Positions 63,494-64,000 of a DNA stretch of 64,000 nt are shown piece by piece; position 1 is the first letter of the stretch, and the number at the start of each line of letters is the position of its first letter. Both the position numbers and the translations under genes were made by a program. The DNA comes from Squalus acanthias. Its lineage: Eukaryota. The stretch is taken from NCBI GenBank assembly GCA_030390025.1, contig CM059431.1, positions 114,454,001-114,518,000 on the forward strand, read 5' to 3'. The notes beneath the pieces are model-generated. The model saw only the letters and a list, made by a program, of their open reading frames with translations, made no database searches and was not told where the DNA came from.

Positions 63494-64000
63494 TATACCT
63501 CTATTTATGAAGCCCAGGATCCCGTAAGCCTTTTTAACCACTTTCTCAACCTGCCCTGCCACCTTCAATGATTTGTACACACATATCCCTAGGTGTCTCT
63601 GTTCGTGCACCCCCTTTAGGGTTGTACCATTTAGTTTATATGTCCTCTCCTCATTATTTCTACCAAAATGTATCACTTCACACTTTTCTACGTTAAATTT
63701 CATCTGCCACGTGTCCGCCCATTTCACCAGCCTGTCTATGTCTTCCTGAAGTCTATCACTGTCCTCCTCACTGTTCATTATACTTCCAAGTTTTGTGTCA
63801 TCTGCAAATTTTGAAATTGTGCCCTGTACACCCATGTCCAAGTCATTAATATATATCAAGAAAAGCAGTGGTCCTAGAACCAACCCCTGGGAACACCTTC
63901 CTCCAGTCCGAAAAACAACCGTTCACCACTACTCTCTGTTTCCCATCCTTCCACTGTCATTTTTATTCCATGGGCTTCAACTTTGCTGGCAAGCCTATTA
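63494..64000 (-). mobile_element. CR1 LINE RT fragment (runs off the window)
   Basis: VLGPLLFLIYINDLD…SKFADDTKLG…LQEDIDRLVKWADTWQMKFN. Confidence 0.93.

Overview
Eukaryotic, repeat-dense sequence with no recognisable intact protein-coding gene. The repeat set (HE1-type V-SINEs with CR1 tails, SacSINE1/DeuSINE-type SINEs with L2 tails, many CR1 and L2 fragments) points to an elasmobranch (shark) genome; this is an inference. The main feature is a cluster of PIF/Harbinger DNA transposons. Two copies of one two-gene family (12091-15310 and 60076-63493) have complementary defects. They carry a DDE transposase on + and, converging on it, a three-exon Myb/SANT gene on - with a coiled-coil-like heptad repeat, an AT-hook-like motif and a basic tail. 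At least four more decayed Harbinger derivatives and about a dozen GG-ended MITEs are also present, several with exact 3-bp TSDs. Two Penelope-type fold-back insertions (7850-8070, 54441-54676) have long TSDs and minimal hammerhead-ribozyme-like motifs whose stems covary across copies. There are also two hAT-type MITEs (one carrying a minisatellite) and a 1.7-kb 14-bp minisatellite that explains the ~570-aa ORFs. A weak chain of phase-compatible candidate exons on + may belong to an unidentified host gene. Family names come from recognising motifs by eye; no database search was run.
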